A program made the translations under genes and the position numbers. From Myxococcaceae bacterium (GTDB lineage: Bacteria > Myxococcota > Myxococcia > Myxococcales > Myxococcaceae): DNA of 64,000 nt. Of the stretch, positions 37,838 to 46,491 are shown one piece after another. The stretch lies in assembly GCA_016793095.1 (NCBI GenBank), contig JAEUJQ010000037.1, forward strand, positions 12,244-76,243, written 5' to 3'. The stretch's first letter is position 1; each line of letters begins with the position of its first letter. Under the pieces are notes generated by a model. The model was not told the DNA's origin and ran no database searches. It saw nothing but the letters and a program-made list of their open reading frames with translations.

Positions 37838-38653
37838 TCAGGACGCGACGGGCGTCGGTGGAGTGCTCACCGCCGCCTCGGGCGACGGCGTCACCGTGGG
37901 GGTCGCGGCGGGCAGCGGGCGCTGGTCTTCCTTCAGCGTCGCCACGAAGGCGTCGTGCACCTGCTGCGCGTGTTCGGCCGCCGTCTCCTCCGTCCACCCC
38001 TTCGTGTCGATGGGCGGCAGCACGTCCACCTCGAGCGTCATCGGCTTGAACTCGAGCATCGAGCCCTTCTCCCAGTTCTTGTGCGCGCCGTGCACCACCA
38101 CGGGCACCACGGGGAAGCCGGTGGCGATGGCCATGTGCACGAAGCCCTTCTTGAAGGGCAGCAGGCGCCCGTCACGGCTGCGCGTGCCCTCGGGGAAGAT
38201 CCAGATGCCGAGCCGGTGCTTGTTCATGAAGACCGCCATGTCCTTCAGGGTCTCGACGGCCTTGCCGGTGTTGGAGCGGTCGATGAGCAGGTGCCCCGAC
38301 ATCCACGCGAGCTGCCCGTAGAAGGGCACCTTGACGATCTCCTTCTTGAAGACGCCGCAGCCGCCGTACGGGCACATCCAGATGCCCGAGAAGGCGTCGA
38401 GCGTGGACGCGTGGTTCATCACGAAGATGGCAGGCATCGAGCCCTTGAGGCGCTCCCAGCCGCGCACCACCGGCGTCACGCCCGCGAGGAAGACGATGGT
38501 GCGGCCGACCACGTGGCCCCACCAGTTGCAGACGTAGATGCGGCCCACGCGCCACGGCAGCAGCACGATGACGGCCACCATCACGATGAGGGTCATCACC
38601 ACCATCACGGTGAAGCCGATGACGAAACGGAGAATCGAGACGACCTTGGACAT
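37838..38653 (-). CDS. plsC: 1-acyl-sn-glycerol-3-phosphate acyltransferase (lysophospholipid acyltransferase)
   Basis: N-terminal TM, HX4D motif VMNHASTLD, and FPEGTRS. Confidence 0.8.
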   Translation of the reverse strand: MSKVVSILRFVIGFTVMVVMTLIVMVAVIVLLPWRVGRIYVCNWWGHVVGRTIVFLAGVTPVVRGWERLKGSMPAIFVMNHASTLDAFSGIWMCPYGGCGVFKKEIVKVPFYGQLAWMSGHLLIDRSNTGKAVETLKDMAVFMNKHRLGIWIFPEGTRSRDGRLLPFKKGFVHMAIATGFPVVPVVVHGAHKNWEKGSMLEFKPMTLEVDVLPPIDTKGWTEETAAEHAQQVHDAFVATLKEDQRPLPAATPTVTPSPEAAVSTPPTPVAS

Positions 38654-38724
38654 TGCGAGGCACTGTCCTCGCCCTTCGTCATGGCCGCGTCACGGAGTTT
38701 CGGTGAGCGCCCTGCCGCGTCGCG

Positions 38725-39471
38725 CTACTCGCCCAGGTACGCCTTGCGAATGTCTTCGCTGGCGAGCAGCTCCTGCCCGGTGCCCTGCATGACGAGCGTG
38801 CCGGTCTCGAGCACGTAGGCCCAGGCCGCGAGCCCGAGCGCGAGGTGCGCGTTCTGCTCGACGAGGAGGATGGAGGTGCCCGTCGCGTTCACGTCACGCA
38901 GGATGCGGAAGATGGTCTGCGTCACCTGCGGCGCGAGGCCCAGCGAGGGCTCGTCGAGGAGCAGCAGCGTCGGCCGCGACATGAGCGCGCGCGAGATGGC
39001 CAGCATCTGCTGCTCTCCGCCCGACAGTGTGCCCGCATACTGGTCGCGGCGCTCCTTCAGCCGAGGGAAGAGGCCGAAGCACTTCTCGAGGTCCTTCGCG
39101 ATGTCGTCGCGATCCCTCCGCAGCCAGGCGCCGAGGTCGAGGTTCTCCTGCACGGTGAGGTTCGGGAAGATGCCGCGGCCCTCGGGCGCGTGGGCCAGGC
39201 CCTTCGCCACCACGAGGTTGGCCTTGAGGCCGGTGATGTCCGCCCCGCCGAGCCTGATGGAGCCCTTCGCGGGCTTCACGAGCCCGCTCACCGCGCGCAG
39301 CGTCGACGTCTTGCCCGCGCCGTTCGCGCCGATGAGGGCCACCACCTCGCCCTTGCCCACCGACAGGCTGATGCCCTTGAGCGCGCCGATGGCGCCGTAG
39401 CTGACGACGAGGTCGTTCACCTCGAGCAGCGCCTCGCGGGGCGGCCGGGTGCCGCGCGCCTCAGGCTGCAT
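38725..39471 (-). CDS. livF: branched-chain amino acid ABC transporter ATP-binding protein LivF
   Basis: GANGAGKTS, LSGGEQQMLAI, LLLLDEPSLGLAP, and a C-terminal AYLGE. Confidence 0.9.
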   Translation of the reverse strand: MQPEARGTRPPREALLEVNDLVVSYGAIGALKGISLSVGKGEVVALIGANGAGKTSTLRAVSGLVKPAKGSIRLGGADITGLKANLVVAKGLAHAPEGRGIFPNLTVQENLDLGAWLRRDRDDIAKDLEKCFGLFPRLKERRDQYAGTLSGGEQQMLAISRALMSRPTLLLLDEPSLGLAPQVTQTIFRILRDVNATGTSILLVEQNAHLALGLAAWAYVLETGTLVMQGTGQELLASEDIRKAYLGE

Positions 39472-40339
39472 GGACGGGTGCCTCTCCGAGGTAGGCCTCG
39501 ACGACCTTCGGGTCCTTCCGCACGCTGGCCGGGTCGCCCACCGCGATGGTCTCGCCGTGGTCGAGCACGGTGAGGTGCTCGCAGATGCCCATCACCAGCT
39601 TCATGTCGTGCTCGATGACGAGGATGCCGAGCGAGAAGCGGTCTCTCAGCTGGCGGATGAGCACCATGAGGTCGGCCTTCTCGCGGGTGTTCATGCCGGC
39701 GGCCGGCTCGTCGAGCAGCAGCACGTTCGGCCTGGTACCGAGGGCGCGCGCCACCTCGAGGCGGCGCTGCTCGCCGTAGGGCAGGCTCGAGGCCAGCTCC
39801 TCGCGACGGTGCGAGAGGCCCATCACGCCGAGCAGCTCGTCGGCCTTCGCGGTGAGCTCGGCCTCCTCTTCGAGGAACCCGCTCGTGCGCAGGAACGCGC
39901 GCCACCAGTCGCGGTAGTTGTTGGTGGCGTCGAGGGCCGCGCCGGCCGCCCGCTGCACCGCGCCGCCCCGCTTGAGCGCCTGCACCCGCGCCGCGTCGAA
40001 CCACGGCTTCGTCGTGGGCAGAATCGCGATGCGCACGTTGTCGAGGGCGGTGAGCTGCTTGAAGAGGCGGATGTTCTGGAACGTGCGCGCCACCCCGAGG
40101 CGGTTGATCTGGAACGGGCGCTTGCCGTTGACGCGCTCCGAGCCGATCAGCACGTCGCCTTCGGTGGGCGGGTAGACGCCGGTGAGGGCGTTGAAGGCCG
40201 TCGTCTTGCCCGCGCCGTTGGGGCCGATGAGGCCCTTCAGGTCGCCGCGCGAGAGGGTGAGCGAGAAGTCGGTGAGCGCCTTCAGCCCGCCGAAGCGGAT
40301 GGAGACCTTCTTCGCCTCGAGCAAGGGGCCGCCCGTCAT
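39461..40339 (-). CDS. livG: branched-chain amino acid ABC transporter ATP-binding protein LivG
   Basis: GPNGAGKTT, LPYGEQRRLEVARAL, LLLDEPAAGMN, IEHDMKLVMGI, AYLGE. Overlaps livF by 11 bp. Confidence 0.9.
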   Translation of the reverse strand: MTGGPLLEAKKVSIRFGGLKALTDFSLTLSRGDLKGLIGPNGAGKTTAFNALTGVYPPTEGDVLIGSERVNGKRPFQINRLGVARTFQNIRLFKQLTALDNVRIAILPTTKPWFDAARVQALKRGGAVQRAAGAALDATNNYRDWWRAFLRTSGFLEEEAELTAKADELLGVMGLSHRREELASSLPYGEQRRLEVARALGTRPNVLLLDEPAAGMNTREKADLMVLIRQLRDRFSLGILVIEHDMKLVMGICEHLTVLDHGETIAVGDPASVRKDPKVVEAYLGEAPVHAA

Positions 40340-40370
40340 CGGGAGCGGACTCCTACACCAGAAGCCGCCC

Positions 40371-41399
40371 TCACAGCCTGCGAAACGCAGCGGCGTCGGC
40401 GCACTCGGAGTGAGACCGGCCGGCGGCGCTCCAGTCGAGGTCCACGTGCGCGGCGGTGCCGGCCTCGAGCGAGAACTCGCCCAGCTTCACCCAGGCGGTG
40501 TCGCCCCACTCGGTGCCGAGGTACTGGCTCACCACGAAGGGCCCGAGCCGCTCGCCGTCGCGCGAGGTGACGAAGTACTCGGCGTGGTCGTCGCGGTTCT
40601 CCGAGCGGTAGAAGCTGACCCACACCTCGTAGCGGCCCGCACGGGTGATGGTGGGCGTCCAGCGCGCGGCCTCGGCGCCGTCGCGGGGCAGGGGCGCGTG
40701 GTTGCTGACGTACCAGTAGTGGCCCTGGTGGCCCTTGTTCGGGTCGGTGGTGTCGAGCCAGCCGGCGCCGGCGCGGGTGAAGGCGCCGTTGGCGCGCACC
40801 ACGTCGTCGACGGTGAAGGCGTCGGCCCCGAGAGGGAAAGGCGGGGCGTTGGGGCCACGGTAGCCGACGCTGACGTAGGTGGGCTTGAAGGACGCCTCGA
40901 GCACCTTCGCCTCGACGTTCGAGAAGGGCCCGCGGCCGGCGGCCGTGACGGTGCGCACCCGGTAGTAGCGCGTCAGGCGCTCCGCCGCGCCGAAGGAGAG
41001 GCTCTGGTGCACGCGGTCGAGACGCGTCGAGGGCGCCGCGACGCGAAACGTGCGCACGCCAGCGTCGAAGGCGGGGTCGGCGCTCTCCTGCACCTCGTAG
41101 CGCAGGGCCACGGCGCCGCGCACCGGGTCCGACGCGCTGGGACGCCAGTCGACGCCGAACGGCTGCGCGCGGAAGACGGGGGCGCCGAGGGGCTCGAGCA
41201 CCGGCGCGCCAGGGAGCGACCCTGCGTCACGCTCCAGAGGACCAGCGTCTGGCTCGTCTTCGTCACCGGCGTCGCCGTCATCGAGCCCGCCCGCGTCGAG
41301 GCCGCCGTCGCGAGGCGGGTCATCGACGTCGAGCGCACCCAGGCCGCAGGCCGACAGGGCGAGGAGGAGCAGCAGCAGTCCACGGAGGAGCGGCGTCAT
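40371..41399 (-). CDS. hypothetical lipoprotein
   Basis: MTPLLRGLLLLLLALSACG lipobox, an Asp/Gly-rich linker, and a C-terminal domain with GHQGHYWYV. Confidence 0.5.
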   Translation of the reverse strand: MTPLLRGLLLLLLALSACGLGALDVDDPPRDGGLDAGGLDDGDAGDEDEPDAGPLERDAGSLPGAPVLEPLGAPVFRAQPFGVDWRPSASDPVRGAVALRYEVQESADPAFDAGVRTFRVAAPSTRLDRVHQSLSFGAAERLTRYYRVRTVTAAGRGPFSNVEAKVLEASFKPTYVSVGYRGPNAPPFPLGADAFTVDDVVRANGAFTRAGAGWLDTTDPNKGHQGHYWYVSNHAPLPRDGAEAARWTPTITRAGRYEVWVSFYRSENRDDHAEYFVTSRDGERLGPFVVSQYLGTEWGDTAWVKLGEFSLEAGTAAHVDLDWSAAGRSHSECADAAAFRRL

Positions 41400-41650
41400 G
41401 TCCAGGTTGTCGCGCCCGCAGCGCGCCTGGTGACGCCCTTCTCGGCGCGCGACAAGCGACTGCCACCCGCCGTGCTCCTCGGGAATCTGAGGGCGGTGTA
41501 ACCCCAGGCCGTCGCTGCTGATTGCGCCAGCGCAAGTCGTGCCCGACGCCGTCGCACGACACACGACAGCCGCTGGACGACTCTGCCGAGGTCCCCGCCC
41601 CCGCGCAGATTCAGTTGCCGACCGCGAGCGACTCTCCCAGTGTCGCGCTG

Positions 41651-42778
41651 ATGAACCTCTCCCAGACGGCCGCGAGCCCGGCCGACCTCGAGCGCCTGCG
41701 CGCAGCCCTGCGACGCGCGAACGGCACGCGGCAGGTGCGGCTCCTGACCGAGGCGCAGGTGGAAGAGACGGTCGCGCGTGCGCTCACCTCGTCAGACGGC
41801 CTCGCCGTGCTGCACGGAGGCGAGGCGAACGATGGGACCCAACGCACGACGTTGTGTCTGGCGGTGAGAGAGGGCGACTTCGTGACGGTGGGCATCGGCC
41901 TGTCCGGCGCGGCCGGCGCGGGTCCCGGGCGCACGTGGAAGACGTTGCAGCCGTGGAGCCGCACGGACGCCTCGAAGAACACGCCTCGCCTGCAGGCCTG
42001 GGCCCGCGCGAAGGCACCTGACCGCGTTCGGCTCCGCGTGGTTGCAGGCGGTCGCGCCCGACCCGCAGCGCCCGACGACTCCGCGCGACTCCTCGCGGCT
42101 GTCCTCGCCTCGCCGGCCGACGACGCGCCGCGCGCGGTGTACGCCGACTGGCTGCTGGAGCGGGGGGACCCGCACGGCGAGTTCATCTCGCTGCAGCTCG
42201 CCCTCGCCCGCCGGGCCAACGCGGCGAAGCAGGCGCGCGCGGACGCGCTCCTCGCTCAGCACCGCCTCGCCTGGACCGAGGCGCTGCGCCAGGTGTCGCT
42301 GAAGCAGCGCTTCGAGCGGGGCTTCGTCTTCGAGCTCGAGCTGAAGGCCACGACGTTCGTGCTCGAGGCCGCGCGGCTCTTCTCGCTGGCCCCGCTCACC
42401 TCCGTCATTCTCCGAGCGGCCGAGCTGCCGGTGCTGAGGAAGGTGGTCGCCCTGCCCCAGCTCGCCCGACTGACGCACCTCGGGCTCGACCGCACGGTTG
42501 GTGACGCAGGCGCGCGGCTGCTCGCGGGCGCGCCGGGCCTGCGGCAGCTCGAGGCGCTGAGCTGCGCCGGCTGCGGCTTCACCGCCGAGGGGTACGAGGC
42601 CGTCTTGAGCGCGATGCCTGCGCTGAAGACGCTGAGGGTGCGGGCCGTCGACGACGCGCTGGCTGCGCTGGTGTTGCCTCGCCGGAAGCTGGTGCTCCAG
42701 GCGGCGCGCCCGGCCGCCACCCCACTGGTGCGCCAGCTCGCCCGCGAAGGCCGCCTCGAGCTCCAGCCCCGCGCCTGA
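41651..42778 (+). CDS. TIGR02996-type repeat-companion domain protein with LRRs
   Basis: PRAVYADWLLERGDPHGEFISLQLAL motif followed by LRR-like segments. Start chosen at the internal Met. Confidence 0.6.
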   Translation: MNLSQTAASPADLERLRAALRRANGTRQVRLLTEAQVEETVARALTSSDGLAVLHGGEANDGTQRTTLCLAVREGDFVTVGIGLSGAAGAGPGRTWKTLQPWSRTDASKNTPRLQAWARAKAPDRVRLRVVAGGRARPAAPDDSARLLAAVLASPADDAPRAVYADWLLERGDPHGEFISLQLALARRANAAKQARADALLAQHRLAWTEALRQVSLKQRFERGFVFELELKATTFVLEAARLFSLAPLTSVILRAAELPVLRKVVALPQLARLTHLGLDRTVGDAGARLLAGAPGLRQLEALSCAGCGFTAEGYEAVLSAMPALKTLRVRAVDDALAALVLPRRKLVLQAARPAATPLVRQLAREGRLELQPRA

Positions 42779-42781
42779 CGG

Positions 42782-42991
42782 TCACAGCGCGAGCAGCAGG
42801 CCCGCCGTCAGCAGCCCCACGAAGCCGGTGAAGGCCCAGCGGTGGACCCGCGCGGCGTGGCGCAGCTCCATGAACTCGAGGCCGACGGCGACGGCCTTGA
42901 GCGCCGCGAGCACGAGCGCCAGCCACAGGCGGCCGCTCGCCACGGACGCGCAGGTGAGGCCAACGAGGAGGGCCCAGGTCGCCGCGCGCAT
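42782..42991 (-). CDS. norF: small 2-TM membrane protein, NorF / bacterial CoxIV-like
   Basis: About 70 aa with two hydrophobic helices. Start ATG overlaps the norE stop (ATGA), and it is last in the nor operon. Confidence 0.45.
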   Translation of the reverse strand: MRAATWALLVGLTCASVASGRLWLALVLAALKAVAVGLEFMELRHAARVHRWAFTGFVGLLTAGLLLAL

Positions 42992-43557
42992 CACGCCCTC
43001 ACGAAGAACAACGGGAAGAGGAAGAACCACACCACGTCACACAGGTGCCAGAAGAGGGCCGCGCCGGCATAGGCGGTCTCGACGTCGTCGAAGACGGCGC
43101 GCCGCAGCGAGACGAAGAGCAACAGCGCCACACCCACCACCACGTGGACGAAGTGGAAGCCGGTGGCCAGCAGGTACGCGTCCCAGAAGTCCGAGGAGCC
43201 GAGCCGGTGACCAGCGCCGAGGTGCGCGCTGCAGTCGACGGCCTTCACCACGAGGAACGCGGCGCCCACGCCCGCGGCGGCCAGCAGCCACCGGCGCGTG
43301 TCGTCCAGCCGCGTCTGGCGGAGCCGGTGCACCCCCTGAGCGGCGAGCGCCCCGCTCGTGATGAGCAGCAGCGTCAACGTGAGCCCGAGCGCCGGGCTCA
43401 GCGCCCCCTGGCCGGCCGCGAATTCGTCAGGCTGGGCGCGTCGCACGCCCGCCACCAGCGCGAAGACGATCGCGAAGGTGACGAGCTCGAGGCCGACGAT
43501 GAGCCAGAGCAGAACGCCTCCCGGTGGGTCGTCGAGCGCGCGCGCCTTCATCGTCAT
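42991..43557 (-). CDS. norE: cytochrome oxidase subunit III-like protein NorE
   Basis: 188 aa with 5 TM segments, CoxIII-like (HLGAGHRLG..FHFVHVV). Overlaps norD by 4 bp. Confidence 0.65.
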   Translation of the reverse strand: MTMKARALDDPPGGVLLWLIVGLELVTFAIVFALVAGVRRAQPDEFAAGQGALSPALGLTLTLLLITSGALAAQGVHRLRQTRLDDTRRWLLAAAGVGAAFLVVKAVDCSAHLGAGHRLGSSDFWDAYLLATGFHFVHVVVGVALLLFVSLRRAVFDDVETAYAGAALFWHLCDVVWFFLFPLFFVRA

Positions 43558-45458
43558 CGGCGCAGCGCGGTGCTCGTCACCTTCGCGAGCGCGTTCACCA
43601 GGTCATCGGGCCTCGACACCACCGACGCGCGGCCGTGCCCGAACATCGACGGCAGCCAGGCCCGCGCGGCGGGGTCCACCGCGAGCGCGTGCGTCACCAC
43701 CCCCGCGCCCTGCGCGTCCAGCACGGCCCGGTGCACGTCGGCCACCCCGTAGCGGCCCTCGTAGCGGTCGACGTCGCTGGGCTTGCCGTCCGAGACGAGC
43801 AGCAGCAGCTTCTGCTTCGCCCCGCACGCCAGCAGCTCGCTCGTCGCGTGGCGGATGGCGGGCCCGATGCGCGTGAAGCCGTGCGGCTCGAGGCTGGCGA
43901 GGCGCTGGGCGCCGACGCTCCACGGCTCGGGGAAGCCCTTGACGACGAGGAAGCGGCAGTCGCGGCGCGTCTGGCTGCAGAAGGCCGCCACCGCCACCTC
44001 GTCGAAGAGCCCCTCGAGCGCGTCGCCGAGCGCGAGCACCGCTTCCTTCTCGACGTCGAGCACCCGGCGGTTGGCGACCCACGCGTCGGTGGACAGCGAG
44101 GCGTCGAGCAGCACCAGCACTGCGGTGTCGCGCGAGTGGCGGCGGCGCGTCGCGTACAGGCGGCTCTCGTTGCACTCACCGGCCCGCAGCGCACCGTAGC
44201 GCGCCACCAGCGCGTCGAGGTCGACGTCGGTGCCGGTGCGCTGCCGCAGCTTCCACGCGCGCGAGGCCTCGAGCTGCTCGAAGACGGCCCGCAGGCCCTG
44301 GGTGGTGCGGGTGAGGCGCGCGCGCAGGGCGCTCACCTGGGCGTCCGCGCCGGGCACCACGTCCACCGCGCGGGTCGTCAGCCGGCACCACGCCCGCTTC
44401 CACGAGCGCGTCGTCTCGTCCCACTCGTCGTAGAGCGCCTCGGCCGGGCCGGCGAGCGAGTCGTCCACCTCGCCCACGGCGCCGTCGAGCAGCACGTCAG
44501 CCTGGTAGAGGCTGCCCGCGCGCTGGTGGCTGCGCACCACCTGCCGCAGGTCGAGCTCGTCGAGCGCCTTCTGGTGCGCCGCCAGCTCGTCGTCGCCGTC
44601 GATGCGCTTGCTGCCGCCCTTGTACTCCTCGAGCGTGTGCACCTTCTCGAAGCTGTGCACGAGCGGGTTCTCCTGCAGCTGCTGCTCGGGCTCCTGCACG
44701 CGCTCGGCGCGGGTGGCCTTCTTCTTCTTCAGCTCGGTGCCGCCGGGGAGCGCGCGCTCGTCGTCCGTCGCGGGCTTCACCGAGGCGGGCTTCTGGGGCG
44801 GCGGCAGCAGGGCGCTCCAGAAGGGCACCGGCGGCACGGTGAAGGCCCTCGAGAACCAGCCCCGGCGCGCGGACGGGAGGTCGACCACGCCGCGCTCGAG
44901 CGCACTCCGGGCCCAGCTCCACGCGTCGGCGGCGAGCGTCGCGTCTTCGGTGACACCCAGCGTCCGGCGCACCAGCGCTTCGAGGGCGTGGGCGCGGGCG
45001 TCGTCTGGCGGAGGCGCGCGGCGGGCGCTCGCGGCGGCGCGCTCGAGGGCCGTCAGGGTCTTCTCGAGCGGGGGGAAGGACTCGACGACGGCCGCGCGGA
45101 CGCGAGGCGCGAGCAGGGCGAGGCCGGCGAGCGAGGTCTCGGCCCGGTCGGGCACCAGCCGCGCTGCGGTGACGGCCCAGACGACGTGCACCACGAGGGC
45201 GTCGCGGTTGAGGACCTGCGTCGGGGCGAAGTCGACGACGCGCGGGAGGAACAGCGCCTCTCCAGCGACGGCGGGTGCGTCGTCGGTGAGGGTGACGGTG
45301 ACGGCGCGGCCGGTGAGGAGCCGCGCGAGGGCCTCGAGGCGGGCGCGCTCGGGTTCGACCTCGACGCGCCGGGCGAGCACCTCGTCGGGAGGCGCGCGCG
45401 AGAGGAGCCGGCGGGTGCCGCTCCACGCGACGCCGAAGAGCGCCTCATCCCACGACAT
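43554..45458 (-). CDS. norD: nitric oxide reductase activation protein NorD (VWA domain)
   Basis: 634 aa with a C-terminal von Willebrand A domain (VLVLLDASLS..LLLLVSDGKPSD). Confidence 0.75.
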   Translation of the reverse strand: MSWDEALFGVAWSGTRRLLSRAPPDEVLARRVEVEPERARLEALARLLTGRAVTVTLTDDAPAVAGEALFLPRVVDFAPTQVLNRDALVVHVVWAVTAARLVPDRAETSLAGLALLAPRVRAAVVESFPPLEKTLTALERAAASARRAPPPDDARAHALEALVRRTLGVTEDATLAADAWSWARSALERGVVDLPSARRGWFSRAFTVPPVPFWSALLPPPQKPASVKPATDDERALPGGTELKKKKATRAERVQEPEQQLQENPLVHSFEKVHTLEEYKGGSKRIDGDDELAAHQKALDELDLRQVVRSHQRAGSLYQADVLLDGAVGEVDDSLAGPAEALYDEWDETTRSWKRAWCRLTTRAVDVVPGADAQVSALRARLTRTTQGLRAVFEQLEASRAWKLRQRTGTDVDLDALVARYGALRAGECNESRLYATRRRHSRDTAVLVLLDASLSTDAWVANRRVLDVEKEAVLALGDALEGLFDEVAVAAFCSQTRRDCRFLVVKGFPEPWSVGAQRLASLEPHGFTRIGPAIRHATSELLACGAKQKLLLLVSDGKPSDVDRYEGRYGVADVHRAVLDAQGAGVVTHALAVDPAARAWLPSMFGHGRASVVSRPDDLVNALAKVTSTALRR

Positions 45459-45717
45459 GAGCGCCTCGTCGGTCCTCAGGCAGGGCCGGCCTCACCGCAC
45501 TGCGGCTGTCACGCTGGGTGGGGCGGTGTGCCGACGACAGCCTGCCGTCCACGCCCGTCACTCCGGAGCTCGAGCAGGCAGAGCGAAGGCTCGTCGGCGG
45601 GCAGGCCACCCGTGACGGTCCGCACTTCGAGGAGCGTCGGCGCGACGCCGCCTGCCCGCACGAGCCCGGGCTGGAGGAGGCGAGCCGTCGCGTCGTCGAA
45701 GCGGCCGGTCGCATGAC

Positions 45718-46488
45718 TCAGAAGCTCAAGTCGACGAGGTCCTGCAGGGCGCGCGCGGTGGGCGCGTCGTCGGTCAGCGGCTGCACGAGCGCTGCGCCGC
45801 AGGCCACCCGTGGAGGCAGCCCCGCCGCCATCAGCCGCGCGGCCATCACCAGCAGGCGCGTCGAGACGGTCTCGGCCAGCGCGAGCGCCTCCTGCCCGCG
45901 CACCTTGTTCGCCCACGCCACGAGCCGCTTCGCCAGCTTCACGTCGAGGCCCGTCTCACCGTGCAGCACCTCGACCTCGACGTCCTCGGGCGGGTAGCCG
46001 AACTGGAGCGAGACGAAGCGCTGACGCGTCGACGGCTTCAGCTCCTTGAGCCCGCGCCGGTAGCCGGGGTTGAACGAGGCCACCACCATGAAGCCGGGCG
46101 GCGCGTCGAGCACCTCGTCGTTGCGGTCGAGGTACAGCCTGCGCCGGTGGTCCGTCAGCGGGTGCAGCAGCACCACCACGTCCTCGCGCGCCTCGGCCAC
46201 CTCGTCGAGGTAGAGGATGGCGCCCTGCTTCACCGCGCGCGTCGCGGGGCCGTCCTGCCAGACGGTGTCACCGCCGCGCACCAGCCAGCGCCCCACGAGG
46301 TCGGCCGCGCTCGTCTCGTCGTTGCACGCGACGGTGATGAGCGGGCGCGCGAGTCGCTCGGCCATGAACTCGACGAAGCGCGTCTTGCCACAGCCGGTGG
46401 GGCCCTTGAGCAGCACCGGCAGCCGCTGGGCGAAGGCGCGCTCGAAGACGCTCACCTCATCGCCAACGGGCCGGTACCAGGCAGGCAT
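45718..46488 (-). CDS. norQ: MoxR-type AAA ATPase NorQ/CbbQ
   Basis: LLKGPTGCGKTRFVEF Walker A, ILYLDEV Walker B, and a 256-aa length. Confidence 0.85.
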   Translation of the reverse strand: MPAWYRPVGDEVSVFERAFAQRLPVLLKGPTGCGKTRFVEFMAERLARPLITVACNDETSAADLVGRWLVRGGDTVWQDGPATRAVKQGAILYLDEVAEAREDVVVLLHPLTDHRRRLYLDRNDEVLDAPPGFMVVASFNPGYRRGLKELKPSTRQRFVSLQFGYPPEDVEVEVLHGETGLDVKLAKRLVAWANKVRGQEALALAETVSTRLLVMAARLMAAGLPPRVACGAALVQPLTDDAPTARALQDLVDLSF

Positions 46489-46491
46489 GGC

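Noticed and set aside
42782-43557. Interpreting the CoxIII-like and small 2-TM genes as part of an aa3-type cytochrome oxidase
   Set aside because: No CoxI or CoxII genes are adjacent. They sit at the 3' end of norCBQD, matching NorE/NorF.
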